Virus record (IMG/VR): IMGVR_UViG_3300034062_005355
DNA length: 64,000 bases
Direction: 5' to 3' (one strand)
Source of the DNA: a virus
Taxonomy: Duplodnaviria; Caudoviricetes
Shown here: positions 55,720-64,000 of the stretch, piece by piece
How the letters are laid out: every line of letters begins with the position of its first letter
Position numbering within the stretch: position 1 is the stretch's first letter
Program-made: the position numbers and the translations under genes
Notes under the pieces: generated by a model
Told to the model about the DNA's origin: nothing
Databases searched by the model: none
What the model saw: the letters and a program-made list of their open reading frames with translations, nothing else

Positions 55720-57534
55720 GTGATAATAATAGAAGGTAAAAAAGAAGATGTTTCAAAACGTCTAAAACAGAGGTTTGAATACGATAGTTCATTCATTGAC
55801 CGTATGCTATCTGTAGACCCAACAGGGTACAAATACGTTGATTATATTGCTAAACAACTTGAAAAATTAATCCCACAACTTGCAGGACGAAAGGGTGGTC
55901 TTAATATAACACAACAAGATGCAATCAAAGACATCTTATCAATGGTTATTCCATGGTTTCATAATAATGTTAATAGAATAACTGAAGACGATATTTGGAA
56001 AGCGGAAACAATTTTTAGAGAACAAAATGGTATGGTACCAAATATTGAAGGGATTGCCAAATCATTTAAAGACATTGCCCAGTATGAAGATCCTGAGTTT
56101 ATTAAAACTTTGATGGATATTATTGATTCTAAAAAAACCGAAAGAGAAAAAGAAAGGGAGTTAAAGAGTCAGGCTGAGAGATTATATGAAGATGATGATG
56201 TATTGGTGATTAGACCAAAATCATATGCAGCATCATGTTATTATGGTGCAAACACAAAATGGTGTACTGCCGGTAAGGGAAGTTCGGGTTATTATGATAG
56301 GTATGCCAATAGAGGTTTGTTATATTACTTTATTAAGAAAAAAGAAAATAAGAAAATGGCCTTATACAGAAATACAGAAGATAGAACAAATGAAGTCTAT
56401 AATGCCCAAGATACTGAAGTAACTGTGAATGATTTAAGAGAGACCTTCCCAAATCAAAATGATTTAATTGACGATTTAATAGGTGTTGGAGAATTTATTA
56501 AAACACTTAGAGAGTTTTCCAAAGGTAAAATTGATTCTCGTGAATTGGAAGATTCTGACGAAGCAATTCTTAAAGTTAAACCTTCAGACCCATTAGGACA
56601 AAGTACAATTATAATTGATTTTGGAGACGATACAAAATTCTTTAAATCACTAGACATATCTGAAGACGACCAATGGTTTTTAAATGGAATAAATTCACAT
56701 TATGGTAGTTATGAATTTATGGATTCATATCAAGTAGAACAAGATTTTAAAGAAGGTTATGTAGTCTATGGTGACCTCAATAAAGAAAATAAGGAAAAGT
56801 TAAAAGAAATTGCCGAATTAATATTACCAGGGGAAGAATTTGATTTGGATAACGACGAATATAGAGTTAGATTATCGGAAACATTATTAAATTTATTTGA
56901 TGATGAAATGGATTGGATTCTTGGTGATTATGTTTCCGAAAAGAATAGTGAGATGCAAACAACCGCTCAAACATCAATTGAAAAAGAAATTAATAGTTTT
57001 TTGGAATCTATTGGGTTTGTACTTTTTAGAGATTACGACCAAATTGCAACTACCGCAGCCAATTTATTAATGTGGTCCGCAAGATTACAACTACCAAAAA
57101 TAGATATAATATCTTTATTTAATCAAATAATTGAATATTCAGGCACTAGACGACTAGGTGGTTGGTCTGAAGATTCATATGAATATCAAGATTATGATAA
57201 TTTTGATTTAGTATCTTTTAATAACTCTGTTGAACGTCAATTTGAAAAAATTTTAGAAAAACTTGATGAGGATGAAGATGCTGGTGGAGAGAAAATTAAA
57301 GAGTTTTTAGGGTTTAGAGGTAGAATTGTTAAAAAATTTGGATTAAATAAATGGAACAAATTGCCTAGTGATAAAACTGTTTCATTTAAAGTTGAAGGGT
57401 TTGACCGAGAAGAAATGAAAGTTATTATTCGTGTTGAAAAACAATATAAAGGTATGAGACAATTAAAATTGTCTGAAGAAAATTTCAATAATTTATTATA
57501 TTCCCCACAATTATTTGATTTATTTGAAGTTTAA
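55720..57534 (+). CDS. protein with YGxxT(K/R)WC domain (paralog 3)
   Basis: VIRPKSYAASCYYGANTKWCTA; TATTTATA at 55699-55706. Confidence 0.75.
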   Translation: MIIIEGKKEDVSKRLKQRFEYDSSFIDRMLSVDPTGYKYVDYIAKQLEKLIPQLAGRKGGLNITQQDAIKDILSMVIPWFHNNVNRITEDDIWKAETIFREQNGMVPNIEGIAKSFKDIAQYEDPEFIKTLMDIIDSKKTEREKERELKSQAERLYEDDDVLVIRPKSYAASCYYGANTKWCTAGKGSSGYYDRYANRGLLYYFIKKKENKKMALYRNTEDRTNEVYNAQDTEVTVNDLRETFPNQNDLIDDLIGVGEFIKTLREFSKGKIDSRELEDSDEAILKVKPSDPLGQSTIIIDFGDDTKFFKSLDISEDDQWFLNGINSHYGSYEFMDSYQVEQDFKEGYVVYGDLNKENKEKLKEIAELILPGEEFDLDNDEYRVRLSETLLNLFDDEMDWILGDYVSEKNSEMQTTAQTSIEKEINSFLESIGFVLFRDYDQIATTAANLLMWSARLQLPKIDIISLFNQIIEYSGTRRLGGWSEDSYEYQDYDNFDLVSFNNSVERQFEKILEKLDEDEDAGGEKIKEFLGFRGRIVKKFGLNKWNKLPSDKTVSFKVEGFDREEMKVIIRVEKQYKGMRQLKLSEENFNNLLYSPQLFDLFEV

Positions 57535-57558
57535 GAATAAATTTCTTATATTTGCTTC

Positions 57559-58398
57559 ATGAATAATTTAGAACTACTAAAAAACGTATTAAGCGTTCCA
57601 ACTAAGACATATCAAGAAGAAAGAATGGTTGCGTTTTTGGTTAATTGGTTAACCGAAAATAATATTACACATTTTGTTGATGAATATCATAACGTATATG
57701 CAACAAAACAAGAATCGTCAGAATTACCTGAAGATTTTTATTTCCCATGTGTTATTTCCCATACTGACACCGTTCACAACATTGACACAATTAATATTAA
57801 GGAAGAAATGTTATTCAATGCTCAAGGAGAGGAAAAACTATCTTACAAAGCGTATAACGACCAAGGAAACCCAACTGGTATTGGTGGTGATGACAAATGT
57901 GGTGTTTTTGCTTGTTTAACTTTACTACAAGAATTACCAAATGTTAAAGCCGCGTTCTTTGTATCCGAAGAAACTGGTTGTCATGGTTCACTTAAAGCGA
58001 GTAAAGAATTTTTTAAAAATGTTGGGTATGGAATTCAATTTGACGCACCTGAAAATTGGATGATTACAGAAAAATGTTTTGGCCAAGTATTGTTTGACAG
58101 GGATACAGAATTTTTTGAGGCTTGTGATAAAGTTTTGACTGAAGGAATGAATCAAAATGATATGGAGTACATGGTTCACCCTTACACTGACGTATATGCC
58201 CTAAGAAGTAAGTTTAACTTCTCTTGTATTAACATTTCGATTGGATATTACAATTATCACACAAAACATGAATATGTGGTAGTTGAAGATGTTTTTAACG
58301 GAATTGATCTGGGTAAGAAAATGATTGAAAACCTTGGGAATAAATTACACTACAAGAAATCAGTTAATTACGACTGGAAAACTCGGTTAGTATTTTAA
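57559..58398 (+). CDS. M20/M28-family metallopeptidase
   Basis: SHTDTV...IGGDDKCG...SEETGC...FD...YH. Confidence 0.8.
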   Translation: MNNLELLKNVLSVPTKTYQEERMVAFLVNWLTENNITHFVDEYHNVYATKQESSELPEDFYFPCVISHTDTVHNIDTINIKEEMLFNAQGEEKLSYKAYNDQGNPTGIGGDDKCGVFACLTLLQELPNVKAAFFVSEETGCHGSLKASKEFFKNVGYGIQFDAPENWMITEKCFGQVLFDRDTEFFEACDKVLTEGMNQNDMEYMVHPYTDVYALRSKFNFSCINISIGYYNYHTKHEYVVVEDVFNGIDLGKKMIENLGNKLHYKKSVNYDWKTRLVF

Positions 58399-58586
58399 TT
58401 ATAAGTCGGATGAGAAATTATCCGATTTTTTTTGTCTTTAGGTTCATTGTCATGACCACATTTATGACAAATATATAGGTCATCACCACCATCAGAAATA
58501 TCCCAACTATGTGGACACTCATCACATAAAACTTTACCGTCTTTAACGGTTTCTCTGATAATTCTTCTGATTAACTCTTTCATCAA
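58395..58586 (-). CDS. small zinc-ribbon protein
   Basis: CDECPHSW...YICHKCGH. Confidence 0.55.
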   Translation of the reverse strand: MMKELIRRIIRETVKDGKVLCDECPHSWDISDGGDDLYICHKCGHDNEPKDKKNRIISHPTYN

Positions 58587-58630
58587 ATATAAATATATAA
58601 AAAAAGGGGGATTTTCATCCCCCTTCTTAA

Positions 58631-60679
58631 TTATCGTCCTTTCTTTTGGACCACCACATTTTCATCCACTACTTTGATGAGATAAGTTTTACCCTCAATC
58701 ATCTTACCTGTTAGAACTTCTTCAGACAATAGGTCTTCAACCTTATCTTGAATTGCTCTTTTCAATGGACGAGCTCCGTATAATTCATCATAACCAATCT
58801 TAGCAAGATACTCAACCAATGAATCATCGTATGTGATGTTGTATTTCATGTCTACAAGACGAACTACCAACTTCTTTAATTCAATGTCTGTAATCTTTTT
58901 AATATCCTCTTGAGATAAAGAATTAAATACGATTGTATCATCAATACGATTTAAGAACTCAGGAGAAAAGAAATTCTTCATTTCTTTCATTAACATTTGT
59001 TTCTTAGCTTCTTCATTACTATATGCGTTTGAAGAGAAACCAATACCTGTTCCAAATTCTTGTAGTTTCTTAACCCCTAAATTTGATGTCAAGATAATCA
59101 AGGTATTCTTGAAGTTAATCTTACGACCTAAACTATCTGTCACATGACCATCATCCAAGATTTGAAGTAAAACAGTGAATACATCTTTGTGTGCTTTTTC
59201 CACCTCGTCAAACAAGATAACTGAATATGGTTTGTTTTTAACTTTTTCAGTTAACAATCCACCTTCTTCATAACCAACATAACCCGGAGGAGCTCCCACT
59301 AATTTAGAAATACTATGTTTCTCTTGGTATTCTGACATATCCACACGGATAAGTGAATCTTCAGAACCAAACATTTCCTTAGCCAATTGTTTTGCCAAGT
59401 ATGTTTTACCAACACCAGTAGAACCCAAGAACACGAATGAGCCAATTGGACGGTTAGGGTCTTTAATGCCCAAACGGTTTCTTTTAATAGATTTTGCAAT
59501 CTTAACAACAGCGTTGTCCTGACCAATAACTTTACCAATTAAGTTTTTGTCTAAATCTAACAATGATTTTGTGTCATCAACGCTCATTTTGTTTACAGGA
59601 ATTTTGGTCATGTTTGAAACAACATCGTATACGTGTTCCAACAAGATGGTTTGTTTTTCCTTCGCCAATTGTTCTTCAAACTTAATTTTTTCTTGCTCAA
59701 GTTTTATTAACAATTTCTTCTCCTTGTCACGAAGTTCTGCTGCTTGTTCGTAGTTTTGTTTTTTAACCACATCAATTTTTTGTTGTTTGATATCTGCAGC
59801 CTTCTTTTTAAGGTCTTCAATAACATCAGGAACTTTTAAGTCAGTTTGCATTCTTGCCCCAACCTCATCCAAGATGTCAAACGCTTTGTCAGGAAATTCA
59901 CGGTCAGTGATATAACGGTCTGCCAACTTAACACAAGTTTCAATAACCTCATCACTGTAATTTACCTTGTGGAAGTTTTCGTATTTGTCACGAACATTCT
60001 TAAGGATTTGAATTGTTTCATCAACTGATGATGGATCAACAATTACTTTTTGGAATCTACGTTCTAACGCTCCGTCTTTTTCAATGTTCTTACGGAATTC
60101 ATCCAATGTGGTTGCTCCAATACATTGAAGTTCACCACGAGAAAGTGCTGGTTTAAAGATGTTTGAACCATCCATTGAACCTGAAGAATTACCTGAACCA
60201 ACCAAAGTGTGAATCTCGTCAATAAACACAATGATGTTTGGATTCGCCTGAAGTTCTTCAATAATCACTTTCATTCTTTCTTCGAATTGTCCACGGTATT
60301 TGGTACCAGCAACAACTGAAGTTAGGTCAAGGTTAACAATACGTTTGTCAATTAAGTTACGAGGACATTCCCCATTAACAATTTTAATTGCCAAACCTTC
60401 AACAAGAGCAGTTTTACCACAACCAGGTTCACCAATAATAATTGGGTTATTTTTCTTTCTACGAGATAAAATCTGAGCAATTCTCAAAATCTCTCGGTCA
60501 CGACCAATAACAGGGTCAAGTTTACCCGCCTCAGCTAATTTATTTAGGTCTCTACTGAAGTTGTCTAATACAGGTGTGTTTGAATCTGCAGATGATTTTG
60601 ATTTTTTACTCATCATTTTGTCGTCATCGTCCATTAAGTCGTTCATATATTTTATAGATTTTTTACAAAGTAACAACAA
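58631..60679 (-). CDS. clpC: Clp ATPase, ClpC/ClpB type, lacking the N-terminal Clp-repeat domain
   Basis: two AAA+ modules (GEPGCGKT, GSTGVGKT); UVR-like middle domain NYEQAAELRDKE; starts almost directly at LDNFSRDL. Confidence 0.92.
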   Translation of the reverse strand: MLLLCKKSIKYMNDLMDDDDKMMSKKSKSSADSNTPVLDNFSRDLNKLAEAGKLDPVIGRDREILRIAQILSRRKKNNPIIIGEPGCGKTALVEGLAIKIVNGECPRNLIDKRIVNLDLTSVVAGTKYRGQFEERMKVIIEELQANPNIIVFIDEIHTLVGSGNSSGSMDGSNIFKPALSRGELQCIGATTLDEFRKNIEKDGALERRFQKVIVDPSSVDETIQILKNVRDKYENFHKVNYSDEVIETCVKLADRYITDREFPDKAFDILDEVGARMQTDLKVPDVIEDLKKKAADIKQQKIDVVKKQNYEQAAELRDKEKKLLIKLEQEKIKFEEQLAKEKQTILLEHVYDVVSNMTKIPVNKMSVDDTKSLLDLDKNLIGKVIGQDNAVVKIAKSIKRNRLGIKDPNRPIGSFVFLGSTGVGKTYLAKQLAKEMFGSEDSLIRVDMSEYQEKHSISKLVGAPPGYVGYEEGGLLTEKVKNKPYSVILFDEVEKAHKDVFTVLLQILDDGHVTDSLGRKINFKNTLIILTSNLGVKKLQEFGTGIGFSSNAYSNEEAKKQMLMKEMKNFFSPEFLNRIDDTIVFNSLSQEDIKKITDIELKKLVVRLVDMKYNITYDDSLVEYLAKIGYDELYGARPLKRAIQDKVEDLLSEEVLTGKMIEGKTYLIKVVDENVVVQKKGR

Positions 60680-60845
60680 ATTTTATACATCTCCAAATAA
60701 TTTGTCAAATTGTCAGTAATATTTTTTTATAATGACATAATGTCATATAATATTTGTTTTATCTGAAAAAATGACTTATATTTATCAAAGGAATAAATTT
60801 TGATACCACAAAGATATAAAATAAATTTACAAAAACAAAAAAAAT

Positions 60846-61244
60846 ATGTTTAACAAAAGAAACTTTAATTTTAACTTTGACGAGTTAATAGCTCGTTATG
60901 AAAAAATGATGGAAGATTTCCATAAAACGGATTGGTCGGAAAAAAGTTATGAATCACCTGATGGTTCATATAAAGTGACTAGTTACTATAAGGTATTTGA
61001 TTTATCAGATTTAGACAAGTCAAAACAAATGAGTAAAGAAGAATACCTTAAGATTAAACTTCAAAGGGCAATTGAAACTGAAGATTTTGAATCAGCAATT
61101 AAATTGAGAGACCAAATTAAAAACTTAGAATCAAATCAAGAAGAAATTGAAAAAGTTGAACTTGAATTGAAAAAAGCAATTAAGGAACAAAACTTTGAAA
61201 TGGCGATTGAACTCAGGGATGAATTAAAAAAACTGAAGTCTTAA
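60846..61244 (+). CDS. double UVR (UvrB/C-motif) domain protein
   Basis: LQRAIETEDFESAIKLRDQIK and LKKAIKEQNFEMAIELRDELK. Confidence 0.8.
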   Translation: MFNKRNFNFNFDELIARYEKMMEDFHKTDWSEKSYESPDGSYKVTSYYKVFDLSDLDKSKQMSKEEYLKIKLQRAIETEDFESAIKLRDQIKNLESNQEEIEKVELELKKAIKEQNFEMAIELRDELKKLKS

Positions 61245-61246
61245 AT

Positions 61247-61274
61247 GAAACCCTCACCAAATGGTGGGGGTTTT
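61247..61274 (+). terminator. intrinsic terminator
   Basis: AAACCCTCACC-AAAT-GGTGGGGGTTTT. Confidence 0.65.
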
Positions 61275-61428
61275 GTATTTATATACATGAAACCTTTTGA
61301 ATTATATTTAAATGGATCTTTAACTTTAAGAGAACTACTTAATACATATATTGAGTTAAGACAGCATTTCCAAGAATATTTAAAACCATTAATGGAAAAA
61401 ATAAACGAATTAACCCCACTAAGTAAAG

Positions 61429-61671
61429 ATGGCTATAGTCAAAGAAGAAATCAACGGGACGAAGATTAAAAACGAAATAAAATCGTCAAATATTAAATCA
61501 ACTGAATACGATACTGAAACAAAAGATTTAGTTGTTGAATTTAATAACGGAGCAAAATACAAATACGATGGGGTTCCCCATCAGGTTTATACAAAACTTA
61601 GGTTAGCAGAATCTCAAGGTAAATTTTTTACCACAGATATCGCAAAAAAATACCCATATAAAAAACTTTAA
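61429..61671 (+). CDS. KTSC-domain protein
   Basis: SSNIKSTEYD....LVVEFNNGAKYKYDGVP......L..AESQGKFF. Confidence 0.85.
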   Translation: MAIVKEEINGTKIKNEIKSSNIKSTEYDTETKDLVVEFNNGAKYKYDGVPHQVYTKLRLAESQGKFFTTDIAKKYPYKKL

Positions 61672-61692
61672 TAATCCTACTATTTATATAGG

Positions 61693-62418
61693 ATGAATAG
61701 TTTTCAAAAAATCCTTGATAGTTTTTCTATTAAGGACACATTAAACCCAAAAATTTGGGAATCCCCAAAAGAACCTAACAAAGCGGTTATGATACCAAAA
61801 GTTAGAAAAGCTCTTACGCGTATTGCGGAAGAGTTTATTGATTATTTGGGTGATGATGTTTTTGTGGACGATATTCATCTCACAGGTTCATTGGCAAATT
61901 TTAATTGGTCAGAATTTTCAGATTTTGATTTACATGTAATTGTTGATTTACAACAATACGAAAACCAAAGTGAATTGTATAAAGAATTGTTTAATTTAAA
62001 AAAACAAGTTTTCAACGACAAACATAATATTAAGATTTTTGGTTATGATGTTGAGTTATATGCTCAAGATGCAGAAGAACCACATTATAGTTCGGGAGTT
62101 TATTCTGTTATGAATGATGAATGGATTAGTAAACCAAAAAAATTCAAGAATGAAATTGATAAAGGTGTGCTTGAAAAAAAGATAAAAACTTGGACAGAAA
62201 AGATTGATACTGCAATTGACGAGGGCAAAGATTTAGAAACAATTAAGACTAAACTCAAAGATTATAGAAAGGCTGGGTTAGAAAAAGATGGTGAATTATC
62301 TTATGAAAATTTAGTCTTTAAGTTTTTAAGAAGGTCAGGTCACATAGAAAAATTATTTGATACCGTGAATAAAGAGACAGATAAAGAGTTGTCTGTTGAA
62401 AGAACAATTCAAGAATAA
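61693..62418 (+). CDS. Pol-beta superfamily nucleotidyltransferase
   Basis: LTGSLANFNWSEFSDFDLH (GS...DxD) and third acidic residue in YDVELY. Confidence 0.75.
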   Translation: MNSFQKILDSFSIKDTLNPKIWESPKEPNKAVMIPKVRKALTRIAEEFIDYLGDDVFVDDIHLTGSLANFNWSEFSDFDLHVIVDLQQYENQSELYKELFNLKKQVFNDKHNIKIFGYDVELYAQDAEEPHYSSGVYSVMNDEWISKPKKFKNEIDKGVLEKKIKTWTEKIDTAIDEGKDLETIKTKLKDYRKAGLEKDGELSYENLVFKFLRRSGHIEKLFDTVNKETDKELSVERTIQE

Positions 62419-62466
62419 TTAAATTATTCGTATGAATCATATATTTATTAAGAAAAATTAATACAC

Positions 62467-62661
62467 ATGGCAACATATTCCGCAAATACACAATACGAGT
62501 ATACCGTTGAGATTTTAGGTAATTTTAGTGGTGGTTCAATTACAGAGGGAGGTCCAGCTAATGGGTTTGCCCCTCATCCCGTATTTTCTAATGCTGATAA
62601 TGAACCAATCGTGCAACTAAACGCAATAACCTTAGGTGGTTTTAACGGATTAAATAATTAA
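62467..62661 (+). CDS. small late protein
   Basis: TATTTAT at 62442-62448. Confidence 0.55.
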   Translation: MATYSANTQYEYTVEILGNFSGGSITEGGPANGFAPHPVFSNADNEPIVQLNAITLGGFNGLNN

Positions 62662-62679
62662 AATATAAAATAAAAAGAT

Positions 62680-63912
62680 ATGGCAGATTTAAAACCAATT
62701 GGTAGTGAAAAACTAAAAGGCCAAGACAAACTAAATAGAATTATGGAAATTGCTCGTTTTAACGAAGTAATGCCAAAAGCAATTAACGAAACTGCAAAAT
62801 CTGAATATTCAGTAGCTCTTGCCGACGGAAACAAATATGAAATTGTTAGAGAAAGACAAGGGTATATTATTAAGAAAACTATTTCAGAATCTGAAACTGA
62901 ATATATTGAACCTATGAAAAATAGGAAATATTATTCATCGTATTCACAAGCGTTTAAAAGGTTAAATCTTGTTGCTGGTGAATTAAATAGACTTAATGAA
63001 AATGATGAAGGTATTTCTTTATATGGTGAACAAAAAAAATTCACATTAAAAACACCAAAACCAGCACCATCACCTGAAATGGAGGCTCCTATGGCTCCTC
63101 CAGCAGCACCACCATCAGTACCTTCACCTGAATTACCACCATCACCGATGGGAGGAGAAGAAGACATGGGAATGGAAGACATGGGAATGGAAGACATGGG
63201 AATGGAAGACATGGCACCTGAGACTGATGTTGAAGATATTGATGTTGATACTGAAGAAGGTGGAGAAGACCAAGTTACTTTTAAATCAATCCAAAAACTT
63301 ACAGGTAAATTAACTCAAAAAATTAGAACACTTGATAGTCAAGAAGGAATGACTTCTGAAGACATCAAATATGTAATTAATATGGTATTATCTTCATTAG
63401 ATTTAAAATCATTATCTGAGGAAGATATGGAAGACATTATGTCCAAATTTGAAGAAGATGAAACTGAAGATTTTGGAGCTGAAGATGATATGGACGGTGA
63501 AGATATGACTGACGATACTGAAGTTGAAGATATTCAAACTGATATGGATGTTCCTGTTGAGGGTTATGAAATGGAAGAAGAAGATTATGGTAATGGAGCA
63601 ATCTTTGATAGTATCTTTGGTGAATCAAAAGTAGATAAAGTAATTTCAAAATATTTTGAGGTTTCTAAAAAAGAAATCAGAGAAGGTAAAGAAAAACAAA
63701 TTCAAGAAACTGCTAAGAAAAAAGCTGTAGTTAATCAGATTATGGAATCAGTTGTTAAAATGACTGAAACTATTGAACAAGAATTAGCTGCGAAAAAATT
63801 TATAAAAGAAAATTTAAATTCTAAGTTTGTTGGAATTACAAACAAAAAGAATTTAGTTTTTGAAACTAAAGCAGGTCAAGTAAGAATTACACCAAACGGA
63901 GATTTAATATGA
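62680..63912 (+). CDS. acidic late protein with Pro-rich and DMGME repeats (possibly virion/scaffold)
   Basis: 410-aa ORF; low-complexity middle. Confidence 0.7.
   Translation: MADLKPIGSEKLKGQDKLNRIMEIARFNEVMPKAINETAKSEYSVALADGNKYEIVRERQGYIIKKTISESETEYIEPMKNRKYYSSYSQAFKRLNLVAGELNRLNENDEGISLYGEQKKFTLKTPKPAPSPEMEAPMAPPAAPPSVPSPELPPSPMGGEEDMGMEDMGMEDMGMEDMAPETDVEDIDVDTEEGGEDQVTFKSIQKLTGKLTQKIRTLDSQEGMTSEDIKYVINMVLSSLDLKSLSEEDMEDIMSKFEEDETEDFGAEDDMDGEDMTDDTEVEDIQTDMDVPVEGYEMEEEDYGNGAIFDSIFGESKVDKVISKYFEVSKKEIREGKEKQIQETAKKKAVVNQIMESVVKMTETIEQELAAKKFIKENLNSKFVGITNKKNLVFETKAGQVRITPNGDLI
63160..63214 (+). repeat. 15-bp tandem repeat x3.7 (EDMGM)
   Basis: GAAGACATGGGAATG. Confidence 0.9.
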
Positions 63913-64000
63913 GCTATTTAACTTATGTTAACGGACTAGGTCCTAACTATAAGGGAGATAATTTATACGAATTTATATTTTCAGATAGTTTGGATGTTTG
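63909..64000 (+). CDS. partial CDS running off the window
   Basis: ATG overlaps the previous TGA; MSYLTYVNGLGPNYKGDNLYEFIFSDSLDV... Confidence 0.6.
   Translation, partial: MSYLTYVNGLGPNYKGDNLYEFIFSDSLDV

Noticed and set aside
61245-61469. 74-aa CDS as given in the ORF track
   Set aside because: Its start lies in a terminator hairpin and it overlaps the KTSC gene. A shorter or truncated gene from ~61287 is possible but I cannot support it.
1-64000. Stop-codon recoding (code 15 or 4)
   Set aside because: Long conserved genes are intact in code 11, genes pack tightly, and no CTA/TCA suppressor tRNA was found.

Overview
AT-rich, gene-dense segment of a large tailed bacteriophage genome that very likely infects a Bacteroidota host. 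The host call rests on TAnnTTTG (-7) and TTTG (-33) promoters and on genes for T9SS C-terminal domain, GEVED, CsgG-like and lipoprotein products. ORFs read normally in code 11. Left part: GH19 endolysin, a cell-envelope cassette, thymidylate synthase, RNA ligase plus kinase, ClpP, an HNH nuclease and a DNA adenine methylase. Centre (34.9-49.5 kb): an RNA-rich island with 24 canonical tRNAs covering all 20 amino acids, many folded intergenic RNAs and a ~580-nt structured RNA candidate. It also holds an array of 13 complete and 1 half tRNA-like elements that share near-invariant acceptor and T arms but carry unrelated, variable-length interiors with no canonical anticodon arm. Right part: aminotransferase, tmRNA (minus strand), ClpC-type ATPase with a divergent UVR-domain gene, KTSC protein, a nucleotidyltransferase and acidic late genes. 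Main leads: the tRNA-scaffold array, three free-standing ORFs that resemble the two insertions of the adjacent ThyA fused together, the large ncRNA, and leader-peptide/terminator/boxA-like elements upstream of the tRNA clusters. All calls are by eye; no searches or folding programs were run.
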